From a virus: 64,000 bases of DNA. The DNA is taken from positions 35,193 through 99,192 of IMG/VR virus record IMGVR_UViG_3300008255_000115; one strand, given 5' to 3'. Positions 52,205 to 60,137 of the stretch are shown here, in pieces (within the stretch, counting starts at the first letter, position 1; each line of letters starts with the position of its first letter). A program made the translations under genes and the position numbers. The notes under the pieces were generated by a model. It ran no database searches. It had not been told where the DNA came from and saw nothing but the letters and a program-made list of their open reading frames with translations.

Positions 52205-52617
52205 TTTCCAGTTGAACCATGACCTCCTACTCCTCTTTCACTTTCAGACAGTTCTTCAACTGCTTCAAATTCAATTTGAGGATAAGGAATAATTATTATT
52301 TGAGCACATCTTTCTCCTTCTGCATATATTGCAGATGAGTTGTTTTTGTAGAATTTTGCCATAAGACTTCCACGATAACCACTATCTATAACTCCAACAG
52401 AATTACTTAAATTCATTTTAGTTTTATAGATTGAGCTTCTTGGAAATATTAATCCTACATATCCTTCTGGGATCTCAATAGCTAGTTTAAAATCATAAGT
52501 AATAGTATCTCCTTGATCTATGATATTTACTGCTGTTAGATCCATTCCCGCATCTCCATTCTTTGCATAAGTTGGAATAACACTTCTTGGATCTAATTTT
52601 TTAATTTTAATTTTCAT
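52201..52617 (-). CDS. dut: Trimeric dUTPase
   Basis: AGMDL, PRSS, GVIDSGYRG, ERCAQ, RGVGGHGSTG. Confidence 0.96.
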   Translation of the reverse strand: MKIKIKKLDPRSVIPTYAKNGDAGMDLTAVNIIDQGDTITYDFKLAIEIPEGYVGLIFPRSSIYKTKMNLSNSVGVIDSGYRGSLMAKFYKNNSSAIYAEGERCAQIIIIPYPQIEFEAVEELSESERGVGGHGSTGK

Positions 52618-52629
52618 ATTTAATTGTTT

Positions 52630-52869
52630 TTAATAAGTAGCTGCTTTTACTGCCCACATGGCAGCTTCTTCATAAGCTGTCTGTGCTAGTGAAATTAATC
52701 TTGCCTTTTCACCTGACATCATACTACCATCTTGAGGTTTTAATGTCTCACACATATCTAATAATTTAGCTGTTTCAATTTTAATATTATCTACTTGAGA
52801 ACTTCTTGAGTTATTAAAATCTACTCTTACTCTTTGTTCTCCTAATGTTTTTTTTGAATTATTTTCCAT
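52630..52869 (-). CDS. Acb2/Tad1-like helical hairpin protein (candidate nucleotide-signal sponge)
   Basis: RLISLAQTAYEEAAMWAVKAAT fits the R..SLA.T..EEA.MW..KA hairpin pattern. Confidence 0.55.
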   Translation of the reverse strand: MENNSKKTLGEQRVRVDFNNSRSSQVDNIKIETAKLLDMCETLKPQDGSMMSGEKARLISLAQTAYEEAAMWAVKAATY

Positions 52870-52881
52870 ATTTAATTATTT

Positions 52882-53301
52882 TTAATTGTTTATTTCATAA
52901 ATTAAGTTTTCAATAACTAGATTCCAAGTAGCACCTGGATCACTTTCTTGTGAATTTATATATCTATCAAGTATTAATTGAGCTTCTTCTTCAGTTACAG
53001 TTTTACCTATACTTGTAGCAACTTCATTTACATCAGTTATTGATAGATTATGAGCATTGTCATCTTTAGACTCTTTTTTATTTAACTCTTCTTTAAGAGC
53101 ATCAATTATTCCTAGAGCTTCTGCAACATCTGAAGTATAGTCATCCCATCCAAATTGTTCCTTAAGATCTTTGATTAATTCTTCTTTTCTACTAATGGCT
53201 ACTTCTAAAGTACCATATGTAGTATTTTCAATATGTTTTGCTATTTGAGTACCTATATATACACCATTTTTATAGTGTGGGTTATTACTTAATCCTGCCA
53301 T
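52882..53301 (-). CDS. Hypothetical protein (139 aa)
   Basis: ORF in operon orientation. Confidence 0.7.
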   Translation of the reverse strand: MAGLSNNPHYKNGVYIGTQIAKHIENTTYGTLEVAISRKEELIKDLKEQFGWDDYTSDVAEALGIIDALKEELNKKESKDDNAHNLSITDVNEVATSIGKTVTEEEAQLILDRYINSQESDPGATWNLVIENLIYEINN

Positions 53302-53638
53302 ATTTTTTTTCTGCTATTTGATCTAAAATTGTTGCTGCTACTGTATAATCAGCTTTATTTTTACTAATTAAAAGATTTTTAAGATTACTTGGTCCTAAAA
53401 CTACTTGATCATTAGGGCTTTTAGTAATTGTTTTAAAACCTATTCTATTTCTTATACACCATTTAGTTTTACTTTCATCTAATAAAATTCTCCATGAACT
53501 TGAGGTTATTTTACTATGATAAGCATCATATGTAGTTCTCTGAAATAATTGAGTAGATTCATCTTGAAAATCAGTAAAATTTTCTTTTGCTTTTGTAAGT
53601 TTATCTATGAGTTCTAATATTTCATTTGCTATTTCCAT
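53285..53638 (-). CDS. Hypothetical protein with C-terminal shared helical motif (117 aa)
   Basis: NLKNLLISKNKADYTVAATILD. Confidence 0.7.
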   Translation of the reverse strand: MEIANEILELIDKLTKAKENFTDFQDESTQLFQRTTYDAYHSKITSSSWRILLDESKTKWCIRNRIGFKTITKSPNDQVVLGPSNLKNLLISKNKADYTVAATILDQIAEKKYGRIK

Positions 53639-53798
53639 GTTTTAATTCAATTTTTCTTAAAGTATTATCTGTAAATATTCTTTCTTTTTTGTCTTCATAT
53701 TTAAGTACTACACAGACTACTAAATCTTTAGTAATTTGGATAGACTCAATATTTTCTTTTGAGACTTTTTTTCCATCTATATACAGATCTAAATTCAT
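53622..53798 (-). CDS. Small hypothetical protein (58 aa), not in the ORF track
   Basis: MNLDLYIDGKKVSKENIESIQITKDLVVCVVLKYEDKKERIFTDNTLRKIELKHGNSK*; start overlaps the upstream stop and fills the gap. Confidence 0.6.
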   Translation of the reverse strand: MNLDLYIDGKKVSKENIESIQITKDLVVCVVLKYEDKKERIFTDNTLRKIELKHGNSK

Positions 53799-54142
53799 TA
53801 TTTACTTCTCAATCTTTTTTTTCTATACATGTCAATACAACCTTCTACAATAGTATGATCACCTTCATTACTTGAAGCTAACATTTTTATAAGGTTATTA
53901 GATGTTTCTTGATTAATAATTCCTGCTTCTACAAGGGTAACTAATTCAAAAGGTAATATAATTTTAGCTGTAGCTACATTTCTTATACTTCTTTCAAAGT
54001 TAGGATTTTTATTAATAAAGAATTTATAAAGCTTAATATTTTTAAATATTTTTATCTTTTCTGGATCATTTTTATGTATTGATTCAAATTTATCAAGGAA
54101 TCCTTGGGCTAAATCTCTACCTACTTTATTCTGTATTTCCAT
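53798..54142 (-). CDS. Hypothetical protein with C-terminal shared helical motif (114 aa)
   Basis: NLIKMLASSNEGDHTIVEGCID. Confidence 0.7.
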   Translation of the reverse strand: MEIQNKVGRDLAQGFLDKFESIHKNDPEKIKIFKNIKLYKFFINKNPNFERSIRNVATAKIILPFELVTLVEAGIINQETSNNLIKMLASSNEGDHTIVEGCIDMYRKKRLRSK

Positions 54143-54144
54143 AA

Positions 54145-54420
54145 TTAATAGTCTATAATTACTTTTTCACTTTTTTTTAATTCAGCATTTAAAATACTGG
54201 TTGCTACTGTTACATTAGATTCATCTATTGAAAATAATAGTTTCTTAATATCTTCTGATGCTTCAATTACATACATTTTATTTCTTTTTCTATAAACTGT
54301 ACTTTTGTTATAACAGTATATACCTCTCTTAAAATATGGTATATTAGGTTCATTATAATTAAAGCCAAAAACATACCATGCATTAGTACTTACAGTTCTA
54401 CAATATTTAATATTTGCCAT
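54145..54420 (-). CDS. Hypothetical protein with C-terminal shared helical motif (91 aa)
   Basis: DIKKLLFSIDESNVTVATSILN. Confidence 0.7.
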   Translation of the reverse strand: MANIKYCRTVSTNAWYVFGFNYNEPNIPYFKRGIYCYNKSTVYRKRNKMYVIEASEDIKKLLFSIDESNVTVATSILNAELKKSEKVIIDY

Positions 54421-54422
54421 AG

Positions 54423-55523
54423 TTATTTATCTAATCTGAAACCTACACATACTGGAAACCTTGGAACACCATCATCAGTGAATTCAAAAAATCTTATTTC
54501 TCCAGTTTGTCCAATATATCTATTTTTATTTTTTAGAATTTCTTCTCTTTCTGCATGAGAGAATTTCATTCCACATCCAAAAGTTATTATGTTACCTGAT
54601 TTATCTACACATTCACAATGTATAACACCTTGTTCTGGATTTTTATCAGATGGTACTACATTAATGATCTTATAAGTTTCATCTATAAAATCTTTGTATT
54701 TTAAAAGTTGTGAGGATCTTTTATTTACAGCATAACCCTCTTCACTGTGTCTAATAATAGTTCCTTCATAACCTTCACTAATAAACTGTGAATGATACTT
54801 CTTAATATCAGCTTCAGAATGAACTTGATATGTCGGTACAAGTTCTATGCATGCAAAATCTGCGATTTCAAGTATACTTTTTAAAAGTGTCATTCTGTTA
54901 TCAAAGCTCATATTAAGAAGTACCATATCATAAACATGATAAACCACTTTCTCAGTTTCTCCTTTTCTGTATTTTTTGATAAGTTTCATGTTTTCCTGAA
55001 AGCTTAATCCATGAGCATATAATTCACCATCAAGAAAATCAATAGTTATGAGATCATTTAGATCTTCCTGTATATGCTCCATTGTATCAATATGTTTACC
55101 TTTTCTGGAGTATATATTACCCATTTTATTTCCTAAAGCTCTCATACCATCAAGTTTAGGTTGAACATAGCAAGGAAATTTTACTTTTTTGGATTCTTTT
55201 TTGTAATCCTTTGCTAACATAGGTAATATAACATCACCATCTTCAGCTTCTTCTATTGTATCAAAGTACCCTGTACTTCTTTTTGTTTCAATTTTACTAA
55301 CTGCTTCAGATATAGCTTGTTCTTCAGGTGTTGTTTCATTGGCTTTACCAATGTTTTTACCAGTACAAGTACTTCTATGTTCAACTAGAGATCCACCTAC
55401 AACTCCTGATTTCTGAATGAGATCTGCTCCTTTTGTATATACATGTAAAACTCTTATTTTACCTGTACTATCTTTTTTATAGACCTTTTGGTCATAGACT
55501 CCTATATTTTTTATGTCTGTCAT
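54423..55523 (-). CDS. ATP-dependent DNA ligase with WGR-like N-terminal domain
   Basis: QPKLDGMR, DGELY, YHVYD, EGYEGTIIR, LLKYK, PRFP. Confidence 0.93.
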   Translation of the reverse strand: MTDIKNIGVYDQKVYKKDSTGKIRVLHVYTKGADLIQKSGVVGGSLVEHRSTCTGKNIGKANETTPEEQAISEAVSKIETKRSTGYFDTIEEAEDGDVILPMLAKDYKKESKKVKFPCYVQPKLDGMRALGNKMGNIYSRKGKHIDTMEHIQEDLNDLITIDFLDGELYAHGLSFQENMKLIKKYRKGETEKVVYHVYDMVLLNMSFDNRMTLLKSILEIADFACIELVPTYQVHSEADIKKYHSQFISEGYEGTIIRHSEEGYAVNKRSSQLLKYKDFIDETYKIINVVPSDKNPEQGVIHCECVDKSGNIITFGCGMKFSHAEREEILKNKNRYIGQTGEIRFFEFTDDGVPRFPVCVGFRLDK

Positions 55524-55550
55524 AATTTGATTTTTGTATAAAATTTTTAT

Positions 55551-55558
55551 TACTTTTG
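55551..55558 (+). promoter_or_regulatory. Bacteroidota sigma-A promoter -7 element
   Basis: TACTTTTG(CA) just upstream of the + strand ORF at 55563, with TTTG about 15-25 nt further upstream. Confidence 0.6.
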
Positions 55559-55562
55559 CACC

Positions 55563-55877
55563 ATGAGTGATACTAAAAAAATTACTACATATGTTGTTGC
55601 AAATGATAGTGTAGTTTCTATTGAAATAAGTGGTGCATATTATAAAAGAATTACAGCACTATATTTTAACTTAGTTAAGAAAATTGGCACTGAGCATTTT
55701 GAGAAAATAGTTAAGGCTTTGATTGATAATAAGTTAGAGAATTTGGCTGAAGAGCAAGATAAACATGATGGTCTTAGCATAGATACTTTACTTATTTTGA
55801 TGACCGCAATAGAGTCAAAGTTTAAAGAAGATAATCTCATCAATAAACAAGAATTAGAGATTCCTAACGTAGATTAA
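55563..55877 (+). CDS. Hypothetical protein (104 aa), counter-oriented
   Basis: Fills the intergenic gap; has its own promoter-like motif. Confidence 0.7.
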   Translation: MSDTKKITTYVVANDSVVSIEISGAYYKRITALYFNLVKKIGTEHFEKIVKALIDNKLENLAEEQDKHDGLSIDTLLILMTAIESKFKEDNLINKQELEIPNVD

Positions 55878-56262
55878 GACCTACTTCATCTCCTAATTCT
55901 ATACAAGACTGGATTGCTAATCCTAGATCATCTTTTGAGATTTTAGCAAAAGACTTCCAATCCATATATATTTTACCCAAGGCTTCTCTTCTCACTACTA
56001 ATCCAGATCTATCTTTAATAACCATTTTAATATCTTCAAAAGTATTTCCGGTATGCTTGGCTATTTCTCGGATACATTTATGTACCTTGGCTAGTTGTAA
56101 CAGAGTATTATCAGCTGTATTGATTTCCATTAATAAATCAATTTGATCTCCCTCTTCTAAAAGATTTATAAAATTTTTATAATTAGTCTCATCAGCTTTT
56201 CTAATATAAACTAATTTTCCATTTGACTTCTTAAGAGAAGTACTAAGCATTCCATCTTTCAT
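55864..56262 (-). CDS. Hypothetical protein, NinB-like
   Basis: T..QLAKVH..IREIA..TG..F...K helical pattern. Confidence 0.45.
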   Translation of the reverse strand: MKDGMLSTSLKKSNGKLVYIRKADETNYKNFINLLEEGDQIDLLMEINTADNTLLQLAKVHKCIREIAKHTGNTFEDIKMVIKDRSGLVVRREALGKIYMDWKSFAKISKDDLGLAIQSCIELGDEVGLNLR

Positions 56263-56270
56263 ATAGCAAG

Positions 56271-56300
56271 AAAAAAGGGAACTCTAATGAGTCCCCTTTT
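56271..56300 (-). terminator. Intrinsic terminator
   Basis: On - strand AAAAGGGGACTC-atta-GAGTTCCCTTTTTT. Confidence 0.8.
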
Positions 56301-56304
56301 AATT

Positions 56305-56955
56305 TTAGTTAATTTTGTATAATGCTCCACCTAATTTAAGTGAGACAATAGTTTGTAAGTTGATTTGACGGATTGTTTTCTTAGGATCTGATTCAGTTTT
56401 CATAAGAGAAGTCTCCTTTACTTTTACATATCCTAATTTAGGTGTACCTTGATCTTTAAGATATGTACAATTTATTATACGTGTAGCACCTTTTTTATCA
56501 ATAAACTCAGCTGTGAAAAATCTTCCTTTATTTCCAATCATAAGATCTAAAGCTTTAGTTTTACTAATTCTTTTTGCTTTTGGTCCTTTTGAAACAACTT
56601 TTACAGTTGGTACAGCTTTAGTTATAGGGTTTTGTGCAACATTTACTGTAACATTTTTTGTAGTAGTTTTTGGTCTACCAGCTCCTATTCTTGTTCCGCC
56701 TCTTTTACTAGTTTTAAAACTATAAGTTCTAAAAGTACCATTATCAGTGTAAGTTATAGCAGTATCTCTTGCTAAAGCATCCATACATTCACTTACAAAT
56801 TTTTGGTTCCATTTCATAGCAGGATACTTTTTTCTCAAAGTATCCTTTACTTCTAAAGTAGTAGTTTCACTTACTTTTCTTGAAAGAAGTTTATTTACCA
56901 TAATTACTATCATAGAAGCCTTTACATGCTTCTCCATTCTTACATTTTTTTTCAT
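56305..56955 (-). CDS. Basic putative nucleic-acid-binding protein (216 aa)
   Basis: Very K/R-rich; KRGGTRIGAGRPK AT-hook-like motif between two globular domains. Confidence 0.6.
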   Translation of the reverse strand: MKKNVRMEKHVKASMIVIMVNKLLSRKVSETTTLEVKDTLRKKYPAMKWNQKFVSECMDALARDTAITYTDNGTFRTYSFKTSKRGGTRIGAGRPKTTTKNVTVNVAQNPITKAVPTVKVVSKGPKAKRISKTKALDLMIGNKGRFFTAEFIDKKGATRIINCTYLKDQGTPKLGYVKVKETSLMKTESDPKKTIRQINLQTIVSLKLGGALYKIN

Positions 56956-56965
56956 TGTTTGTGTT

Positions 56966-58210
56966 TTAATTTAACCAAATAATATGTTTTAGTCTACATT
57001 GTTCTTCTTTGTAGGCTATAATTTCAGAGTTAAGTAAGCCATTACCAGCATTTACCTGTGTACTATCAAAACCTCTTTTACTTAACTCATTGTAGGATAG
57101 TACAAAACTATTTCCTCTATACCAACCATCATATATGTATGGTTTTCCGGTATGAACTTCATAAACAAGTAATACTTTATCATGATCATACCCAGTATAA
57201 TTAAGAGATTTTTTTACTACTTCAGAGAAGTAATTACCATCACCGTAGGCTTTACCTGAAAAATTAAAATTTCCAGATGGTCTAATTTTGAGACCTTGTT
57301 CAATTATTGGAATAACAGAGGTACATCTTGTGCCGTGGATTAACAATCTTGTTTCTTTGTTTTTTTGTTTTGATAACCATTGGTTAAAGATTTTATCTTC
57401 TGAACTTTTTTCTGCTGTTAATATACCAGCAATAGTGTGGTGTGTATCAGACTTTATCTGATCAATCAGATATTGTAACTCTTTTGTTACCTTACCTTCT
57501 TTCATCTTAACACCTAATACATCAAGTAGAGATTTTTCTTCTTTTTTCTTTGTTGGTGTTTTGCTATTTTTATTTGTTATTTTTTCTGCTTTAAGTTTTT
57601 CTTTCTTAATTAAATTAACTTGAGCAACCATTGCATCTAAATTATCCTGCTCTTGAATTATACATTTATTAAGATCTATATTTGGCAGCAAGTGAGATCT
57701 TGTATTACTCATATATCTTGGGATAGTCATATATAACTTAAGAAGATTTTCATTAATTTTCTTTTCAGCACCTTTTTTAGAAGGATCAATCTTCATAAGA
57801 TCATTAATAAGTTTCTGAGCTTCTTTAACTTGAGCTTCACTTACTACATCAGCTTTTACAGAATATGTTTTAGATACTAAATTGTTTGTATAACTAAACA
57901 TTTTTGTCATAAAACTTTTAGTTGTAGTACAAGTTATAATATCTAGTCCATTACCTTTTGGGGTGCCATCTATAATAGTTATATCAGGTTCAGTACTAAC
58001 AAGATGAGTCATATCCTGATAACCCTTTTTAAGTTTGGATTTATAAATTTTATCCCAGTGACTCATTGGTTTACTAGTTTTGATGCTAGTTAATTCAATT
58101 CTACCATAAGTAATATCAATAATACCATTTAATTCTTTCATCTCATAGTATTTGTTATTATTTTTTTCACTAACCATTACTAATTTTGCATATTTTCCTT
58201 TTTGTATCAT
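56966..58210 (-). CDS. Poly(ADP-ribose) polymerase-like protein: WGR + regulatory helical + catalytic domain
   Basis: WGR: NNNKYY...YGRI...KLKKGY; regulatory LYMTIPR; catalytic LLIHGT, GKAYGDGNYFS..KSLNY, GFDS, LLNSEIIAY...QCRL (H-Y-E triad). Confidence 0.9.
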   Translation of the reverse strand: MIQKGKYAKLVMVSEKNNNKYYEMKELNGIIDITYGRIELTSIKTSKPMSHWDKIYKSKLKKGYQDMTHLVSTEPDITIIDGTPKGNGLDIITCTTTKSFMTKMFSYTNNLVSKTYSVKADVVSEAQVKEAQKLINDLMKIDPSKKGAEKKINENLLKLYMTIPRYMSNTRSHLLPNIDLNKCIIQEQDNLDAMVAQVNLIKKEKLKAEKITNKNSKTPTKKKEEKSLLDVLGVKMKEGKVTKELQYLIDQIKSDTHHTIAGILTAEKSSEDKIFNQWLSKQKNKETRLLIHGTRCTSVIPIIEQGLKIRPSGNFNFSGKAYGDGNYFSEVVKKSLNYTGYDHDKVLLVYEVHTGKPYIYDGWYRGNSFVLSYNELSKRGFDSTQVNAGNGLLNSEIIAYKEEQCRLKHIIWLN

Positions 58211-58584
58211 AAGTGCACTCTTTTAAATCCATTTTTTCTTCTACTTTTTCTTAAGATATTAGTAAATATAGAGTCTACATCTAGTCCAAGATCTTTGAAT
58301 ATTTTAAAGTTTCTTGGAGTAACAAATTTACCAGGAACATATAATTTATAATAAGTAGAGTTTTTTCCATAAAGGTCTTTTTCAGTGGTAATTTTTTCAA
58401 AGCATAATTTGTTACCATGTAAAGTTTTTATAATATTTTTAACAGTTATAATTTTTTCTAAATTATTTTCTCCAGCTATAATTTCTACATTGAATCTAAT
58501 AAAAGTAGGATTTTTAGAATAAAAACTAGCTTCATCTTTAATTATAGGATCATCATATTGTTGAAGTTTATGTTTGTTTTTCAT
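58207..58584 (-). CDS. Hypothetical protein (125 aa)
   Basis: Stop overlaps PARP start. Confidence 0.7.
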   Translation of the reverse strand: MKNKHKLQQYDDPIIKDEASFYSKNPTFIRFNVEIIAGENNLEKIITVKNIIKTLHGNKLCFEKITTEKDLYGKNSTYYKLYVPGKFVTPRNFKIFKDLGLDVDSIFTNILRKSRRKNGFKRVHL

Positions 58585-58870
58585 CTTTAGTAAGTTTTTT
58601 ATAAAGTTCTCTTCTATCTTTTCTTGATATAAAATATGTTTTTATATCATAACCTAATGATTCTATTATTGCAACATCTTTATCAGTTAGATTAGGAATT
58701 AATACTTCATAAGTACCATAAATATTATGTTTAGACCATGGAGAATTTATTCCTTTTTTCTTACATAAAGTTAATGCTATGTTATCTATAGCTTTTATAT
58801 TATCTATTGTTTCACTAAAGTTAGGAGATATAGTAGAGACTCTTATTCTATGCCAATGTGTTTTACTCAT
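58568..58870 (-). CDS. Hypothetical protein (start probably ATG 58870, MSKTHW..., 100 aa)
   Basis: Internal ATG overlaps the end of 58863..59210. Confidence 0.65.
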   Translation of the reverse strand: MSKTHWHRIRVSTISPNFSETIDNIKAIDNIALTLCKKKGINSPWSKHNIYGTYEVLIPNLTDKDVAIIESLGYDIKTYFISRKDRRELYKKLTKDEKQT

Positions 58871-59210
58871 CAAGATCACTTCTAACCAGTGTGAGATAAC
58901 ATGGATCAATATAAGCCATAATATTTGCACTGTGTATATGTTTGATTTCTTCATCTGATCTTCCATGTTTTTTACCAAGTTGTTCTTCACGTTTAAGTAT
59001 TTCTTCAGTTTTGTCTTGAGCTGCTAATAGTATTTTAACAGTGTTTTTATCCCTATAAGCAATTATAATCACATGGATCCCCGGCATAATCAGTGCATAA
59101 GGAGCATCATCATTAATTTTATATTCTCCTGGAGGATATTTTTTAGCTATTTCTTGAATTTCTTCAGGTCTAGTTTTTAACCATTCCTCAAATGTGTTTT
59201 TGTAACTCAT
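58863..59210 (-). CDS. Hypothetical protein (115 aa)
   Basis: ORF; WLKTRPE.IQE.A.KYPP N-terminus. Confidence 0.7.
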   Translation of the reverse strand: MSYKNTFEEWLKTRPEEIQEIAKKYPPGEYKINDDAPYALIMPGIHVIIIAYRDKNTVKILLAAQDKTEEILKREEQLGKKHGRSDEEIKHIHSANIMAYIDPCYLTLVRSDLDE

Positions 59211-59391
59211 AACATGTTTCTTTAATTAAGATTAGTAAATCAACTATTTTTCCTTGAATATGATGTTTATAAGCCATTTCTTCTAAATAATCTTGTATAT
59301 ATCTTTGTTCTATTTCTGCAGCTCTTTTTTCAAGTTCTTGCATATAATCTTGTTCTGTATTACTACTAGAATTGAATCGCCATCCTTGCAT
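59188..59391 (-). CDS. Hypothetical protein (67 aa)
   Basis: Overlapping operon ORF. Confidence 0.55.
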   Translation of the reverse strand: MQGWRFNSSSNTEQDYMQELEKRAAEIEQRYIQDYLEEMAYKHHIQGKIVDLLILIKETCYELQKHI

Positions 59392-59659
59392 AATCTGTAG
59401 AATTAATAATTGTAAATCCTAAATCTCTTAAAATACTTCTAGTATATTCAGGATTATCACTTCTTCCCGTAATGACATATCCCCAAGTTGTATAATTAAT
59501 AGTTTTGACTTGAGTATAAAATTTTGATAGTTCACAAATTGAAAGTTCTTTCATCATTTTTATAACTACTTCTAAAAGTTCTGTATCTACACCCTTTGTA
59601 CCTTTACCTGTTGGGACTAATACATTAATTGTATTATAATTACATCTCATTGATTTCAT
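59366..59659 (-). CDS. Hypothetical protein (97 aa)
   Basis: Overlapping operon ORF. Confidence 0.6.
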   Translation of the reverse strand: MKSMRCNYNTINVLVPTGKGTKGVDTELLEVVIKMMKELSICELSKFYTQVKTINYTTWGYVITGRSDNPEYTRSILRDLGFTIINSTDYARMAIQF

Positions 59660-59921
59660 TTCCTGTATTTATCATGTCTTTAATAATTTCTGCTGGAGAT
59701 GAGCTTTCTTCATGTTCATATTTTTTATCAAAAAAATCTATTTTTGTATTTACATAGTTCATAATTTTATAGATATCTCCATATGTATTTGCTTTTCTAA
59801 TTTTTCTTAATATTATTTTACATAATACTAATAAGGCCATAATACTACTTTTTTCTACTATACTTAATGGTGTATTAGGATTTAATTGTTTTGTATGATC
59901 AAATTTTTGAAAAAATTGCAT
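59640..59921 (-). CDS. Hypothetical protein (93 aa)
   Basis: Overlapping operon ORF. Confidence 0.6.
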   Translation of the reverse strand: MQFFQKFDHTKQLNPNTPLSIVEKSSIMALLVLCKIILRKIRKANTYGDIYKIMNYVNTKIDFFDKKYEHEESSSPAEIIKDMINTGNEINEM

Positions 59922-59946
59922 AATGTAAATTTTTAATTAATAATAG

Positions 59947-60089
59947 TGGGGAAACCAGGAGTCGAACCTGGAGGCTATCTTATACCAATAATAATATTGT
60001 CTAGGATAATCATTTATTGAAGATAGCATGTCAATTGACATGAAGGATACATCTAAAATATATTGTGTCTACCATTTCACCATTTCCCC
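59947..60089 (-). tRNA. Atypical tRNA-like RNA: Leu-type D arm, UUA anticodon in canonical register, 75-nt variable region
   Basis: Acceptor GGGGAAA/UUUCCCC+A73; D arm GUGAAAUGGUAGACAC; anticodon arm AUAUA-UUUUAGA-UGUAU; T arm CCAGG-UUCGACU-CCUGG; no encoded CCA. Confidence 0.7.
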
Positions 60090-60095
60090 AATAGT

Positions 60096-60137
60096 CCCCA
60101 GCTCAAGTCAATATCCTTCAAAAGAGCTGGGGTTTTT
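60096..60137 (+). terminator. GC-rich hairpin between the two tRNA-like RNAs (terminator-like on + strand)
   Basis: CCCCAGCTC...GAGCTGGGG followed by TTTTT on the + strand. Confidence 0.55.

Noticed and set aside
59947-60089. Functional ochre suppressor indicating TAA recoding
   Set aside because: TAA terminates most genes in the window and the RNA has an aberrant 75-nt variable arm; kept only as a tRNA-like element.
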